From Camelus dromedarius (Eukaryota): a stretch of 64,000 nucleotides of DNA. Under the pieces are notes generated by a model that was not told the origin of the DNA, did not search any database, and worked only from the letters and a program-made list of their open reading frames with translations. The stretch is from NCBI RefSeq assembly GCF_036321535.1, contig NC_087436.1, positions 26,166,001 to 26,230,000 of the forward strand, in the 5' to 3' direction. The translations under genes were made by a program, and so were the position numbers. Position 1 is the stretch's first letter; every line of letters begins with the position of its first letter. Positions 39,428 through 52,723 of this stretch are shown here, piece after piece.

Positions 39428-39960
39428 TGTATCTTTTAGGATGGTTTCCATAGAAAGGAATAAGAAAACTTAACTAAACCTGGCTTGAGAGGGAATTTGT
39501 TCACATTAGTGAAGAACATAGAAATAGAATTAGCTTCAGGTGGAATATGAACGTGAAGTCGTAACATCACCAGATCTCTGTCTTTTTCCATCTTTTCTGT
39601 TTACCCCTCTACTCTAAGATGGTTTTATTCGTAGCTCAGTGTAATGGTTGCCAACAAAAATACCACTACATTACCCAGGCCTCAGATCAGGAACAACAAA
39701 AAAAAAGGAGTATGTTTTTAGTCAGTGCCCATATTTGTCTAAATGTTAATATTAATTAAACCAATTTAGGTCATAGACTTATCCCAGAATGAATGGGTGT
39801 GGCCAGGGATTGGAATTATATTGTTTGGCTTTGTCTTGGTTCAATTTCCCCTTCTACACCCAGCGTTATCTGAGTCACGTGGGAAGAGAGTGAGGAAAGT
39901 TTTCTGTTTTCTGTTTTTTTGCCTAAAAGAAATTTGTAAGTTCCAAAAAAAGAGAAAAGA
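39428..39960 (-). mobile_element. Old MaLR LTR (MLT1K/L/N-like)
   Basis: tgtatcttttaggatg..aagaaaacttaactaaacctggctt..agcttcagg; ccaatttaggtcatagacttatccc..gtggccagggattggaat. Right boundary uncertain. Confidence 0.6.
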
Positions 39961-42900
39961 GGCACAAATAATAACCATACAGTATAACTACATATATAGA
40001 GAAAAGTGGCAGGATGATCTGTGAGAATTGTTTTCCTTTCCCATTTCAAATCCAGCAGCACTACTTCCTTCCTACAGGAAGCAACCTTTACAGAGGCATG
40101 TTTAAGATGGCATGCCACTTAGCACTGATGTGCTGATCACTTTGGGAGGAAATTATGATCAGAACAGTTCTTGGAGCTACTCCACTTCCATGTTTGCAGA
40201 CAGGAATTAGGAGAAGCCTTGCTTGCCTGATGGGAAAACAAATGTCTTAAGAATTAAGAGGAACTTTATACTTATGTTTTACTGATGACTGCAGGTTGCT
40301 TGCTTAGAGAGGTTAAAAATGAGAGCTGCCACTCAGTGGTAAGTGAAAGAGTATTTGAATTTAGAAGGTGTTATGCTCAAACTGCAGGAAGAGTGAAGGG
40401 CTTGCCAAGAAAATGGGCTGGCCTTTGGGCATCTCAACCCAAATTCAACATTTCTATTCAAAAATTAATGTCTTCAATCAATAATTCTGCCAATCTGTGT
40501 CTACAGTTTCCCCACAGTGTAGGCAATGTTGAATTTACTGCGACCTGTGACATTTTTTCTATATTTTTTTCTATTCTTACTTATCCTCCTTAAACAGTTA
40601 TAATTTCTCCCTCAGGGAATCATTTAGGATATTCTTCAACAATTCACCCCTACAAATGATAAGCTGTTTTCAAGCTCAAGCCTAAAATAATAAAAGGCAA
40701 TATAATGTGTAGTCAAAAAGACTTGCTGAGGATTGAAATAGGTTGTTTAATGGAGAGTTATAACTGTCAATTTCAGTCTCTCATTGCTTTACTAACTTTA
40801 GAAACTCAAATTTCTATGAAACTTTCCTAAATGCACTCCTTTTTTTCCTATTTTTATCCTCAGTTTTACAAGTTAAGTTAATTACAACAAAGAATTCTAA
40901 GAGAGACCATTAGCTTTTTGCTTTTGGCATTTAAATTTTATGTGTGTATTCACTTGGTCATTGTCAGTGTCTGTACCCCACAATGGTTCACTTTGTAATG
41001 TTGATGAAGCAGATGATGTTATCACTTAATTTTTAACACTTTGTTCTTTTAATATTTCATCTTTTCGAAAGCAAATATAAATATTTTTGGAATTGACAAG
41101 TTGGGTTGTCACATCTATACCACTCTCTCACATCAATATTAACATCCTATTCCTTCTATCTAGTTAAAGTGGATGAGGCAATGCCCCAAGAGAAAGAAAA
41201 GAAAAATCAGAAGTATGAAATGAGTTTCACATTTGTGTGGAAATCCTCTTATTTATAAATTGTACTTATGTTAGACAGTGGAAGATATTTATGTTTTGGT
41301 ACTGTCCAGCCGTTGTTTAAGATTCTAATACACTTTCTGTAACCTGGCAGAAACATTACCTATCTTGGAAACCAATGTAAAATCCCTAATATTTGAAAGT
41401 AGCATTTTGTTGCAAGGTGGGGATGGAATGGGGTGGGGATTGTGATAATAAGTTAGATAATTAAAAGTGTTCCTTTATTCAAAATCCTAAGATTTGAAAA
41501 CAAAATTGTATAGTGACTTGAGAACGTAGATGATGAAGTAGAGATACATCATTTGCCAAAATGTATAATTTACTTTAAAAATACTTATAAGGCAAGTGTC
41601 ACAACCCAAAAACTCAAATAAAAACAAAACAAAACAGTTTTCTTACTTTCTTAAAGCAAATTCAATACAACTCCAAAACTCCTTTTTTCCAAGGTATTGG
41701 AAAACTCTATAACATTGGGAGTGATAACCCCTTCTCTCCTTTCTGAGGATCAGACAAATTCCAAGAGAACCCATAAAATTGGAAATGTCTCTCACAGTCA
41801 GGTTTTAGAATCAATGTCGATATCTTAAACTAGCCAACACAGGAAAGAGAAGTCCCACTCTTCTACAAGCAAACACACACCACAGTTTGAAGGATTGGGA
41901 GAGCACTGTCCTTATTATCTTGAGTGAGATTTAGAATATATTTTGCTACAGAAATGATTATTTTATAATCCCATTATAACTCACTTAATATGAAACCTTC
42001 CTAAAATATGAAATAATATCAGCCTTTTAAATTTCCATATAATATGCAAATCTCAGAGTTGGAATAAATTACATAAGCATATGTTCTTCCAAATAAATTA
42101 AAATTTTGCATCAGTATGTATTAATCAACTCTGAAGAACACAAAAATGTTTAACCAATTAATACTGGGGTATCAATCAATCAATATGTTTTACTTCTATT
42201 TAGTTTTAAATAGTTAGGATTATGCAACATGTGATAAATATATGAACATATCCTCCCTTTGGTTTACCACAAATTGTAATAAACATAGGATTAATATTAT
42301 TATGGAATTGTACCATTATATTTTTGTTAATGGATGAATATTTAATACCATAAACATTTATTTTAGGGTTAAAATCATCACATTGTTTATTGATAAGAGA
42401 ATTATTTATCCCCAGTTTTTAAAAACAACTTGTCTATTGACCTAATCTAGCACTTTCTTTTCAGTTTCCTCTCTATGGAGTATTTTCTGTATTAGACTTT
42501 TTTGTTTTGTGTTTGATATAAGAAATTGTCACTTTGAAGAAAAGCTGTGATGTTCAAAATGTTCTCTATTAAAAGTAAATATCATTATTGTTTATTTGAA
42601 ATCACAGAAAAATGACAATTATTCCAAATTGAACCCAATGATAGTTAAGTATCTAGTCATCTCTTCTTTCCACCGAAAGCATATTTATTAAATCTTAAAG
42701 TCAGAACAAAAGAAATTTGTGCCTAAGCATGTCTTGGCAGCAAAGTATGGAACTTCCTTAAACGTTGAGGATATTTTAGTATTGGGTCTCATCAGTGATT
42801 TCATGCTATCATTAGAGATGCCAGCCTGCAGGGCCATTGTCACCATACCCAACAAAACAGAAAAATAGAAAATGTCATGCATGTCTACTATTCATCTCAC

Positions 42901-43879
42901 TAATTCTTTTCTTATGTCTACTCTTGTTTCTTTTCTAAGATTTCCCAGTAATTATATTTTTTGAATCCCTAGTCATCTGTCCTCTTGTCACTTTTGCTTC
43001 TGTATTTTTTTTTCTTAAGGACCTGAGAGAAATTTTTGAAATATTTTCCCCTCAAATATTTGATTTTCAATTGTATGCTCACTGCTTGCTCAAGTTTCAC
43101 ATTTCAGTTATCTTTACAGTATCATTTAAAATGTGCATTAAGTTTTTTTAAAGTTTTTCATTTCTAGACAACCTAAGAGAATATTATTGAATAGTCTGGC
43201 TTTTAGCAATTTTATTCTCTGAAATGCATAATGCAAGAAATAAATTTCTACAGAAAATGTTGCATATATGACTTACTTTTTTCCTTGTGAACGATTTAAA
43301 GTTTTTGATACATATTATAAAATTTCCTGTATGAAATTTGGGTCAATTTACAACTTACTTAACATAGATTAAAACTGATATAATTTGTGTGTTTGGAAAT
43401 TTATTGGGCTAAGCAAAGCAAAATCTTATTATTCCAATTTGCATTCTTGTAAATACTACTGGTTTGAATAGTTTTCCTTATGTTTTATATGCACAGGATA
43501 GCCGAAAACATCATCTACAGTCATATGACAGAAGATAAAAGCAGAGTCAGAGTTCTCAACTGTACAATTATGAATTATACTGAAACCAAGGCTAATTCTG
43601 AGTTTATTTCAGCTCCATGGATTTTCTAACTTATTAAAAATACTTTCTTTTATTTACATTAAAATGACATTATGTCTTACCAAAATTTGTATCTGCTCCA
43701 ACGTGATTTTGCTTGGTAATTTCAAGTTATCCATCTGCAGCCATATATTCATATTTTCCCTGTTACCAATCATGTTGATGAAATATAATTTATTCTGTTC
43801 ATTTTATATTCTTATGTAGAACAAAACGTAAAGAATTTGCAGTGGATCTTATCAATTTCCAGTTCTATTGTTATTAAGG

Positions 43880-44376
43880 TACCAACTCAGCATGGACTCT
43901 GCTTTGTGAAGCATAAAAGACTCAGCAGATCCAGGGACCTTTGCCACCTAGCCACGCCCTTGTAGACATGAAAGGATTCCCCCCTTCACTCCATGGCTCA
44001 GCTGCAGCTCTATGCTTTCGGGGACCACACTCCCCACTGACTACTAGAAGGGCTGGAGAACAAAATTCAGAAATGTAGAGACTTAGCACTCACCCTAGGG
44101 GACAAACTTGATCACTGAGAATCAGCAAACAACAATGAATTGGCAGTTAAATACTTCTCCCTTACTGTGGAGACTGTTCTGAGTTCAAGTGATTCCCTTA
44201 CCTGGCTGTGAATTCTCAGAGAGCTGTAGCTAACCTAGTAGTTTCTTCCCAGAAGTTTATTCCCTTTCTTTCTTAGCTCATTACCCCTCTTCCTTCATCT
44301 TATTACTTTGAGTCCATACTCCTAATAGGTTGTAAGGTTTGCAGAATCTGTTTTCAGGGTTCCTCAGGCTATGATA
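43880..44376 (+). mobile_element. ERVL solo LTR (LTR16D/E-like)
   Basis: GC-richer block with gggacaaacttgatcactgaga..ggcagttaaatacttctccc; ends tctgttttcagggttcctcaggctatgata, resembling the LTR16 terminus. Confidence 0.55.
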
Positions 44377-44399
44377 CTTGTTCACATCATAATTACTCC

Positions 44400-46055
44400 T
44401 TTGCATATCCCTCAAGTGTTTTTTTCTTCTTTAACATAATCAGGCTATATTTGCAAAATTACAACCCTGGTTAGATCCAGCTCTGTTCATTGCAAACGTA
44501 ACTGTGTGCCATTAAATATAGATGGAAGAATACATTAAACAAACTTAATTTTCAATTTAAATTTTAAATTTATGTCTGTGAACCTAGTCAGGGATCACAA
44601 ATCTTGTCTCTGCATCTTCTATGAATTATGACTAGGATGGTCCTGTTTAAATTCAACACCCCCCCCCGCATATATACTAAATTTCATTCTTCCTCATTTA
44701 CTTATTCATGAACATTGCTTCAGCAAACCTCTATTTCCTACATCATCATTATTTTTTCATAACTCTTCTAGATGTCTTCCAAGAGCATGCAAACATTTTT
44801 ATGTCCCATCTTAAGTGCAATAGACACAAAAACACTTTTTTGACTCTTTTTACTCTAGATATGAACTTGTTTGTTCTCTTTTAATGTAAAATTCTCAAAA
44901 AAAATTGTCTCTAACTCCTCTTCTTCCATTCCTTCCTTAATGCATTCCAATCAGGTTTATCCTCTACCATTCGACTGACACTGTTCTTGACTAGATTGAC
45001 AATAACCTTAAAGTTGCTAAATCTAGTAAGCAATTACACGTCATCATCTTTGTTGACTTAAAGAGCAGCAGTGGCTTATTTCCTCCTCCTTGATGTGTTG
45101 TGGTTTTTTTGTTTTGTTTTGTTTTTTGTTTTTGTTTTTTAAACTTGGCTTCCAGGACATCAGACTTTCTTTGTCACACTAATTGCTCCATCTTAGTCTC
45201 TTTTGTTTCTTCTCTTCACTCTAATGCTGCAATCATAAGTCAGTATGACAAAACTAAACCCTCATTCTTCATCTTGAAACCAGCTTTATCCACATCCTTT
45301 TCTGTAGCCATTGATGACAACTCCATCATGTCAGTTGATTCGCTCAAAGACCTTGCAGTTATTATCTCTTCTCTTTTTTTTCACACCACATATGAAGTGA
45401 GCTGAATAAATAAATTACCTTGTCTTCTGTGTGTTTTTATTTAAAGATATCTTATTTAATATATATTGTTGATTCACTAACATTGAACTGGGGCCAACAG
45501 CTCAAAAACTCATACCTGAACAACCATTATCAAACACTTGTATTTTGTCCAAAAAGTACATTTAGCCTTCTTCCACTTAGGGATTCTAGATAGCACTTTA
45601 GCATTACAATTGGGGGCCATTTTTTAACAAAAAGCACAAAAATATGAAAACTGTGGTACTAAATAGTTGGTGAAAACAAGATGTGTTTACAAAGTGATAG
45701 ATGGAATAAGAAAGCAAATTGTTTCCTTGTTTGACCTCAGCCAGAAACTTGTTCGTTGGGCAACTCAGTTTCTGCAGCTATGCACATGTCCACAAATGAT
45801 CACAAAAGCATCCCCAACATTGATTTGGGTGTTGCAAACAAATTTTAGTTAGTAGGCAAATTCTTAAGTATGGAACCTATGAATAATGAAGATAGACCAT
45901 ATTTTGAATTAGTACTTTCCAAAAATAACTAGAGTGTGAGCATTTATTACCAGTTCAAATTATAATCGTCTCCAACCTGTATTATTCAAGTAGACTCCTT
46001 TACTGTTTTCTGTACATCTGCCCTTGCTCCTACATTGTTTAGTCTCAGTACAGTC
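44400..46055 (+). mobile_element. LINE-2 ORF2/RT fragment, interrupted by MER82
   Basis: ccaatcaggtttatcctctaccattcgactgacactgttcttgactagattgacaataaccttaaagttgctaaatc..tcatcatctttgttgactta is a degenerate form of the L2 RT segment QSGF..STETAL..VTNDL..LLDL; also cttggcttccaggaca. Resumes after 45900 (ctgcccttgctcctaca). Confidence 0.75.
45395..45899 (-). mobile_element. MER82 (TcMar-Tigger) non-autonomous DNA transposon, one end preserved
   Basis: cttatttaatatatattgttgattcactaacattgaact, tagcactttagcattacaattgggggccatttt, ccttgtttgacctcagc, aattttagttagtaggcaaattc..gaataatgaagat match MER82 antisense as I recall it; the terminus is followed by TA. Confidence 0.85.
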
Positions 46056-46070
46056 CTATATGTAACCTAC

Positions 46071-46237
46071 AAGGAAGAAAGGAAGGAAGGAAGGAAGGAA
46101 GAGGAAGAAAGAAAGAAAAAGAAAGGAAGAAAGAAAGAAAGGAAGGAAGGAAGGAAGAAAGAAAGAAAGAAAGAAAGGAAGAAAGAAAGAACAGACAAGA
46201 CGAAGTGGAGGGTAGGGAGGGAGGGAGGGAGGAAGGA
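46071..46237. repeat. Compound (GGAA)n/(GAAA)n/(GGGA)n purine tract
   Basis: Directly visible; source of the low-complexity ORFs at 46035-46289. Confidence 0.95.
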
Positions 46238-46261
46238 ATGAAGGACCATTCATAGTTGTTA

Positions 46262-46351
46262 TGGTAATGCACCTTAGATTGTGAGTCACTCCAATTTAAG
46301 AAATGCTAAAATTTGGGAAGAATGTGGTTCTTAGAACTGATAAAATACTGT
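46262..46351 (-). mobile_element. Possible MER104/Kanga (Tc2) DNA transposon terminus
   Basis: atgctaaaatttgggaagaatgtggttcttagaactgataaaatactgta resembles the Tc2-type TIR (..gtcttagaatcgatgaaatacgg) followed by TA. Confidence 0.45.
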
Positions 46352-46649
46352 ATATTCCATTTACTTTGTATGCTTAAATGCAACAAAATCTAAAGGAGTG
46401 GATTGTATGAATCTGCAACTTATTTTTTTATCAAGGTATCAGTGTAATCCCCTTTGATCATCATGACTAAAGAAAACATGGCTTCTCTCCCATGACATTA
46501 CCATGTGATGCCTACATCTTGTTTCAGTGCTCTAAGTACCAATGAAGTCTCTGCCTTTTATGTTTGTATCAGTGTAGAATTTAGGTATTTATCTGTTGTT
46601 TCTATGGGAGTATTTTTTTCTAGTTAATTGGTTTTTTCTTTTTTATTTT

Positions 46650-47556
46650 CATTTTTCTTTTTTTAAAATTTCTTTTTGGAGTAGAGTTGGTTTACAATGT
46701 TGTGTTAATTTTTGGTGTACAGCATAGTGTTTCATATATATACATATTCCTTTTCATGTTCTTTTTCATTGTAGTTTATTACAAGATATTGAATATAATT
46801 CCCTGTGCTATGCAGTAGGACCTTATTGTTTATCTATTTGATGTATAGTAGTTAGTATCAGCAAATCCAAAACTCCCTATTTATCCCTCCACCCATCCCT
46901 TCATTCCCTGCTGTAAACCAGAAGTTTCTTTTCTATGTTTGTAAGTGTGTTTCTGGTTTGTAAATAAGTTCATTTATGTTATTTTTTTAGATTCCACATG
47001 TAAGTAATATCATATGGTATTTTTCTTTCTCTTTCTGGCTTACTTCACATAGTATGATAATCTCCAGGTCCATCCATGTTGCTGCAAATGGCATTATTTT
47101 ATTCTTTTTTATGGCCAAATAGTATCCCATTATAGATATATGCTAGAACTTCTTCATCTAGTCATCTGTCCGTGGACATTTAGTTTGCTTCCATGTCTTG
47201 GCAATAGTAAGTAGTGCTGCCATGAACATTGGGATGCATGTATCTTTTTGAATTAGAATTTCCTGCAGATATATTCCCAGGGGTGGGATTGGTTGATCAT
47301 ATGGTAAGTCTATTTTTAGTTTTTAAGGAATATCCTTAAAATCTATACTATTTTCTATAATGGCTCCATCAAACTACATTCTACCCACAGTTTGGGAGGG
47401 TTCTCTTTTCTCCACACCCTCTCTAGCATTTATCATTTGTGGGCTTATAATGATCACCATTCTGACTGGTTTGAGGTGATATCTCCTTAAAGTTTTGATT
47501 TGCCTTTCTCTAATAATTAATGATATGGGGCATTTTTTCATGTGCCTATTAGCCAT
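46650..47556 (-). mobile_element. 5'-truncated lineage-specific L1 3' end
   Basis: Same 3'UTR type as 28165-28500 (ccctccacccatccc..tcattccctgctg..aaccagaagttt); ORF 47374-47556 [21 protein letters not shown]. Confidence 0.93.
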
Positions 47557-48429
47557 ATAATATGTTTTGAAACAAAACTGTTTGTGTCTGTGCCTTACTC
47601 TTGTTCTTTATCTATCTGACTTGAGGATTCTGTGTCTTTTTTTTTTTTTTTTTTTTTTTTTGCCTTTACAGAAAGAATTTTAGGTACATATAAAATATTT
47701 TCCTTAAAATTTTTTTGGAAAACTTACTTTCTACTTAACTAGGATTCAGTAATGTGTATCACCAAAACAAAAACTATTTAATGCCAGTTTGACAGCAGTA
47801 ACTTCTGGATTATCTGCTGTCAAAAAGTTCCTGGCCAAGTACTATATGTACTATATCATTAGGCCTCACTACTAAGGCTCTCTGAGTTATAACAGATCTC
47901 ATGTATATAATTCACATGTAATTATTTAGTGAAACTAGTTTGATTTCATTTTTAGTGACAGTTTATGTCAAATATTACTTTTAATTATATCCCATAATCT
48001 CTTTGAGGTTTTAACTATGATTAACTCTGAATTGCCATTTTTTAATGAAGGCAAATTAGTCTTTAAAGGTTGACATGTATAGCTCCAATAAATGGGTTTC
48101 AACTGAATGCAAGAGGCAGAGGGAAAATTGTAGTAGAAATAAATCAATTGATAGAAATACAACTCCAAATCAATTAAAGTCGAATAGTGACCTACTTAAA
48201 TTTGCATAGAGGTTAATAGGCTTCTTGTCTAGGAATCATCTCTTTCAAATGAAAAGACTGATTTTATATGACAGAAACTGAATTTAAGCTGCCTGAACTT
48301 ATTTGCTCTTCTTTCTCTCATTTTCTCTTTCCCTTCCTCCCTCCCTTCTTAACCTTTCTTCCTTACCTTCATCCATTTTTCCTTTTTCCTTTCCTTTCCT
48401 TTTTTTATGTATTCATACTGATTAAACAC

Positions 48430-48642
48430 ACATGCTCTAGAACCAGAGAGCTTTGGTTATATTCTGGTAGAAATATTTACTACTTGATCTTGGACAAATT
48501 GTGAACTTCCCTGTTCCTTTCCTAATATGCCTTATAATGGTGATAATTTTCTCAAGAGTTTGTTAGGATTTTTAGCAGTCATGCAAATAAAGAGCAGAGT
48601 ACAAGGCTTGGCACGTAATAACTGCCCAGCTGATGGTAACTA
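48430..48642 (+). mobile_element. MIR SINE
   Basis: ctctagaaccaga..gatcttggacaaattgtgaacttccctgttcc..gcttggcacgtaataact follows the MIR order. Confidence 0.65.
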
Positions 48643-49239
48643 AAACATTTTACAACAAGTAAATAGTGTCTGGATATCTTCATGCATTTTATCATTTGCA
48701 TGTAAATTATTATTTTAAATGATATAATGATTTTGTACATTAAATGGTTCATGTTACTTTAATTTACTCAGTGTCTTTTATTTTTCATAATTTTGTAAAT
48801 TAACAAATCCCCTTTACGACAAAGTGATGCTGAAAAGATTAAAGAAGCCAAAGTAATAAAATTTCATTGTTTTATTGATCAATTATGTATGATGATAATA
48901 AGTATTACTTACAATATGACAGAAACTATGTTAAGCGCTTCAAATGGATTTTCTAATTAAGTCCTCACAACCATATGATAAGGCCAGTATTTAACACACT
49001 GTCTAAGGCAAACTTTTTCGAAATAATTTTATGTGCTTTCTTATCTTTAAGTATGTATATAGTATTTTTAAAAAATACCATCCCACTTCAGATTTTCCTC
49101 AGCATACTTCATTGCATTGTGTATGTGTAAATTCTAAAATAAATTTCTTAATTTTATTTAGCTCACAGATGTTCTTTCCAAATACAGTTTTGTGTAGAAT
49201 TCAGAAAACAGGCGAAAGAGTAATTGTCAATGGTCCCTA

Positions 49240-49470
49240 AGTAGCTAGAGTATATTATTGTGCTCTTATTATATGTTAGGCATTCTGTTGAAAGTTTTGC
49301 CTGTCCTTTCCTCTTCATTGCTGCCAAAGTTCAGTGAAATAAGTCTTGTTATTTCCATTTTACTTAAAGGAAAGAAATTCAAAGAATTTGAGTAATGTTT
49401 CCAAAAGCACAGCTTGAAATAATTTCAGGTTTACTGGATTTCAAAGTCCATGATCTTAAAGGCGATATAC
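49240..49470 (-). mobile_element. MIR SINE
   Basis: tattgtgctcttattatatgttaggcattctgtt..ttatttccattttacttaaaggaaa..ccaaaagcacagc..ttcaaagtccatgatcttaa. Confidence 0.6.
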
Positions 49471-50317
49471 ACCACAGTCTCAGACTGAATTTCTCAGAAA
49501 CTAGAGTCTAAGACAAAATTATGTACTACTAATTTATTAGGAAGCATAAGAAAGTATTTGAAGTTGTGCATAATTGGACAGCAGGCAGTTCCTGTGGCAT
49601 CTAATACATTAGAGGCAATAGAAGCCCAAGGTGAAATTAGCAGTCAAGATAACAGACATGAAGCAGGGAGCTGATCTCAGTGAAGACTATCAAATGACAC
49701 AGGCACAGAATGGTGATTGGAGTGACATCAGTGTCCAATGGCTCAAGGTGGTGTGCAAGTGTTCGGTAGACCCACTTTTATTTCACTGATGGAGCTTATA
49801 GTCTAAGAGTTTCAAGTTTTAATTTGGATAGAACTTAATTGTCTGACATGTAGGTTGAATGATGACCAACACAAATTGTAAGCATGAAATCCATAGGCTT
49901 ATACAGCAAGAAAAAGAATACTGTTTCCAACATTCATAACTGGCAATGAAGTACTTTCCATACTACAGGTATTCTGAATAGAGCAGAGAATTTTACCTGG
50001 ATCTTCTGTTGAAAACCATAGTGTTGTGTAAAAAAAGTATTAACAGTAAATTATAAAATATTTATAATTTATCCTTCTCCTGTCTAGGAAAAAGTGGAAT
50101 CTAAGGAAGATACAATTGTTTCCTGGGTAACAGTGGCAATTTAGGCTACCTAATTCGATTCACATTTTTTCTGTTGGTAACTAAGGAAAACCAAAAATCT
50201 AAGAACAGAGGGCATGAAGATATTTGTCTCTTCCTGATACTGTTGGTGCCACTTTCTTTTTTTTTCCATGACTCTTTTTTTTTTTTTTTTTTTTTTGAAA
50301 AGCAAATGTGGTAGAGA

Positions 50318-50894
50318 TGTTACCAAAGAGGAGGTTCTTGTCACAGAAAGAATTCACAGACGAGACACAGAGGTCAGGAAAGTAAAATGAGGATTTGTTA
50401 AGTGATAGGGAGCAGGCAGATGCAGGTGAGTAACTGCCCTGAGTTTCTTTGGCAAGCTGGTAATATAGGATGTAACAGTGAATGGGTGAAATATTCATTG
50501 GAGAGGGAGTGGTTTTCCATTATATTTCTTCTTTTCATCCCACCTCCACCTTCCTGAGGAGAGGAGAGCTTTTTGTCCTTATTTAGTCTGGATGGGAAGC
50601 GTCATGGTGTCAGTACATGATGGTTACTTCTTACATGTAAGGCTAATTTTATTGCAGTATGGAATGATCCCAAAGTTACATTCTGAAGCCAGAGATTCAT
50701 GCTTTTTCCCACCTTCCTTTGTCTAACTCCAGGACTCTTATCACATCAAAATATGTGGTTTCCTGTCAGTCTGGAGGGTCCTGCCTTTCTTTGTCTGCCC
50801 AAGAACCCCTTTGTTCACAAGATGCATGGTTTGCTGCCCTTTGGCCTATGTCCCCCTTTCTGTGCCTGTATCTAGCTATCTGCCTGCACAAACA
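50318..50894 (-). mobile_element. Probable ERV1-class solo LTR
   Basis: Sharp GC-richer block starting tgttaccaaagaggaggttcttg..agaaagaattcacagacgagacac (resembles an antisense ERV1 U5 end) and ending ctatctgcctgcacaaaca. No clear TSD. Confidence 0.65.
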
Positions 50895-51959
50895 GCAAGA
50901 ATGAAACTAGAATCAAGCAAATTATAAAAAGCGGAATCAGACATATTTTGATGCTCAGTTTTCTTCTGCTTAACAATATAGTGAGAAAACAAAATTGCTC
51001 ATGAATCTAGGAAGTATGAATATATCATAAGCTCTCACTCTATGTTTAGCCACTAGAGAATCAGCAAAAATTTGTAGTTACAAAATAACATGCATTTGCT
51101 AGAGTTATTACATAGGAATTTTATTCATCAGCTATTTTATGATTACACTTTAGTAGTCAGATATTTCATTAATCACTTACACACAAATGATTGCTTCTTT
51201 TTTATGTGAATAAGAGTTTGCTTTCCAAATTACTGACATCAGAATTTTTATCTTAAATTGTCCTGAACTTTTTTTGGTAGTGAATTATATCATTTTATTT
51301 TATTATTGCAATCCACAAATGTCACTTTGTTTTGCCCATACTCATGAAAGTATGAGTAATATTAAAATGTAATTCTGGAAGCTATTATATAACTCCCTGT
51401 AAATTAAATTACTAAATAATACAAGTTAGTTAACTAAATATTAATAATAAAGGTAGAAACATAAAGCAATAATATGAATTTAAAGATATGATATAAAAGG
51501 TTAGTAAAATATGTATCTTCTAAATTTTACACCTGCAAATAATTTATGTTGTTGATTATTCATAGTAAATTTCAGGTTTCATTATATTTTATTCAAAAAT
51601 CCCTAGAACTCTGCATTAAGTTATTTGATTTATCATATTTTTTTTATCTGTATAATAACTCTTCAGAGTAGTTATTAACATTTTTTACTGGAATTACCTG
51701 GGGCTCTAAAAGTTTAAGTAACATTTATAAAATTGTACATTTAATAAATAGTAAGGCTAGGGTCTTCTGACTTCAAACATATCATTAATGTCACTATATA
51801 TCACAAGCTAAGATTAAACTGCTTATATGGTAACTTTCTGTGGAATAAGTTACTTTATTCTGGAGGTTATATGTTTTTAGCAAGTAAAACACGTAAATTT
51901 ACAGATACAACTAACACAACAAAAGCTATATCTGTCCTAGACCCTTTTAGGACTTGGGT

Positions 51960-51962
<3 letters not shown>

Positions 51963-51999
<37 letters not shown>
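51963..51999. repeat. (CA)n microsatellite
   Basis: Directly visible. Confidence 0.97.
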
Positions 52000-52002
<3 letters not shown>

Positions 52003-52330
52003 CAGCCCCAGCCCTGAAAAATCTTACAGTATGATAGAAAAGACCAACAAATGTACTAGGAATTTGTATGATGTGCATGCAGATTTATGAGAATGTAAAA
52101 GACTAGGAGACCAGTTAAAGTCCCATCTGGATTGAGTGGATTAAAGAAGGCATGCTGGAGGAGATAACATGCAGATTAGGAGCAAATAAGAAGTTGGCTA
52201 ACCCAGTTAAAAAAAAAGAGGGGTGGATGGAATGTTGAAAACAACAAAAAGAACACATGTTTATGGGCAGTGGAAGAGGAGATATAGATTCATTTTCCGA
52301 TAAGAGAGAGCAAAATCTTTTAAGCATAGA
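52003..52330 (-). mobile_element. LINE-2 fragment
   Basis: cagccccagccctgaaaaatcttacagt..ttaaagaaggcatgctggaggagataacat resembles the antisense L2 3' region. Confidence 0.5.
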
Positions 52331-52488
52331 AGTGATCTATCAGATATTCACTCCACTAAGACTGAGTAACTGAGGGTAACTACTGATAGTTCAGAGGAGA
52401 GTAATAATGCAAAACATTCATGTGGTAGGAGTAGCATAAAATTAGGCTAAAATGTATATGCATCTGGCCTAAGATCTTAATCTCAGAC

Positions 52489-52723
52489 TAATAATAATAA
52501 AAAACTCATATATTACGCTGTTTTACATTTATTAATTCATAATATTTAATCCTTACTACAACCTTGGGATTAGGTACTTCTAATACACTTTCCCTTGTGG
52601 GAAGACAGAGCCACAAAGTTTAAGTAACTTGCCAAGGTACTTGAAGTTTATGAGAAAGACACAGAAATTCTAATGTAGGAGGCTGGTTTCAGATTCTGTG
52701 ATCTTAATTCCTATGCTATTCTG
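52489..52723 (-). mobile_element. MIR SINE
   Basis: atttaatccttactacaaccttgggattaggtac..gaagacagagccacaaagtttaagtaacttgccaagg..atcttaattcctatgctattctg. Confidence 0.8.

Noticed and set aside
21434..42843. Shared 14-mer gtgacaatggccct at ~21434 (+) and ~42830 (-)
   Set aside because: Similarity does not extend, and isolated 14-mer matches are expected by chance in a 64-kb two-strand comparison.
46035..46289. Four overlapping K/E/R-rich or F/L/S-rich ORFs
   Set aside because: They are translations of the GGAA/GAAA microsatellite.
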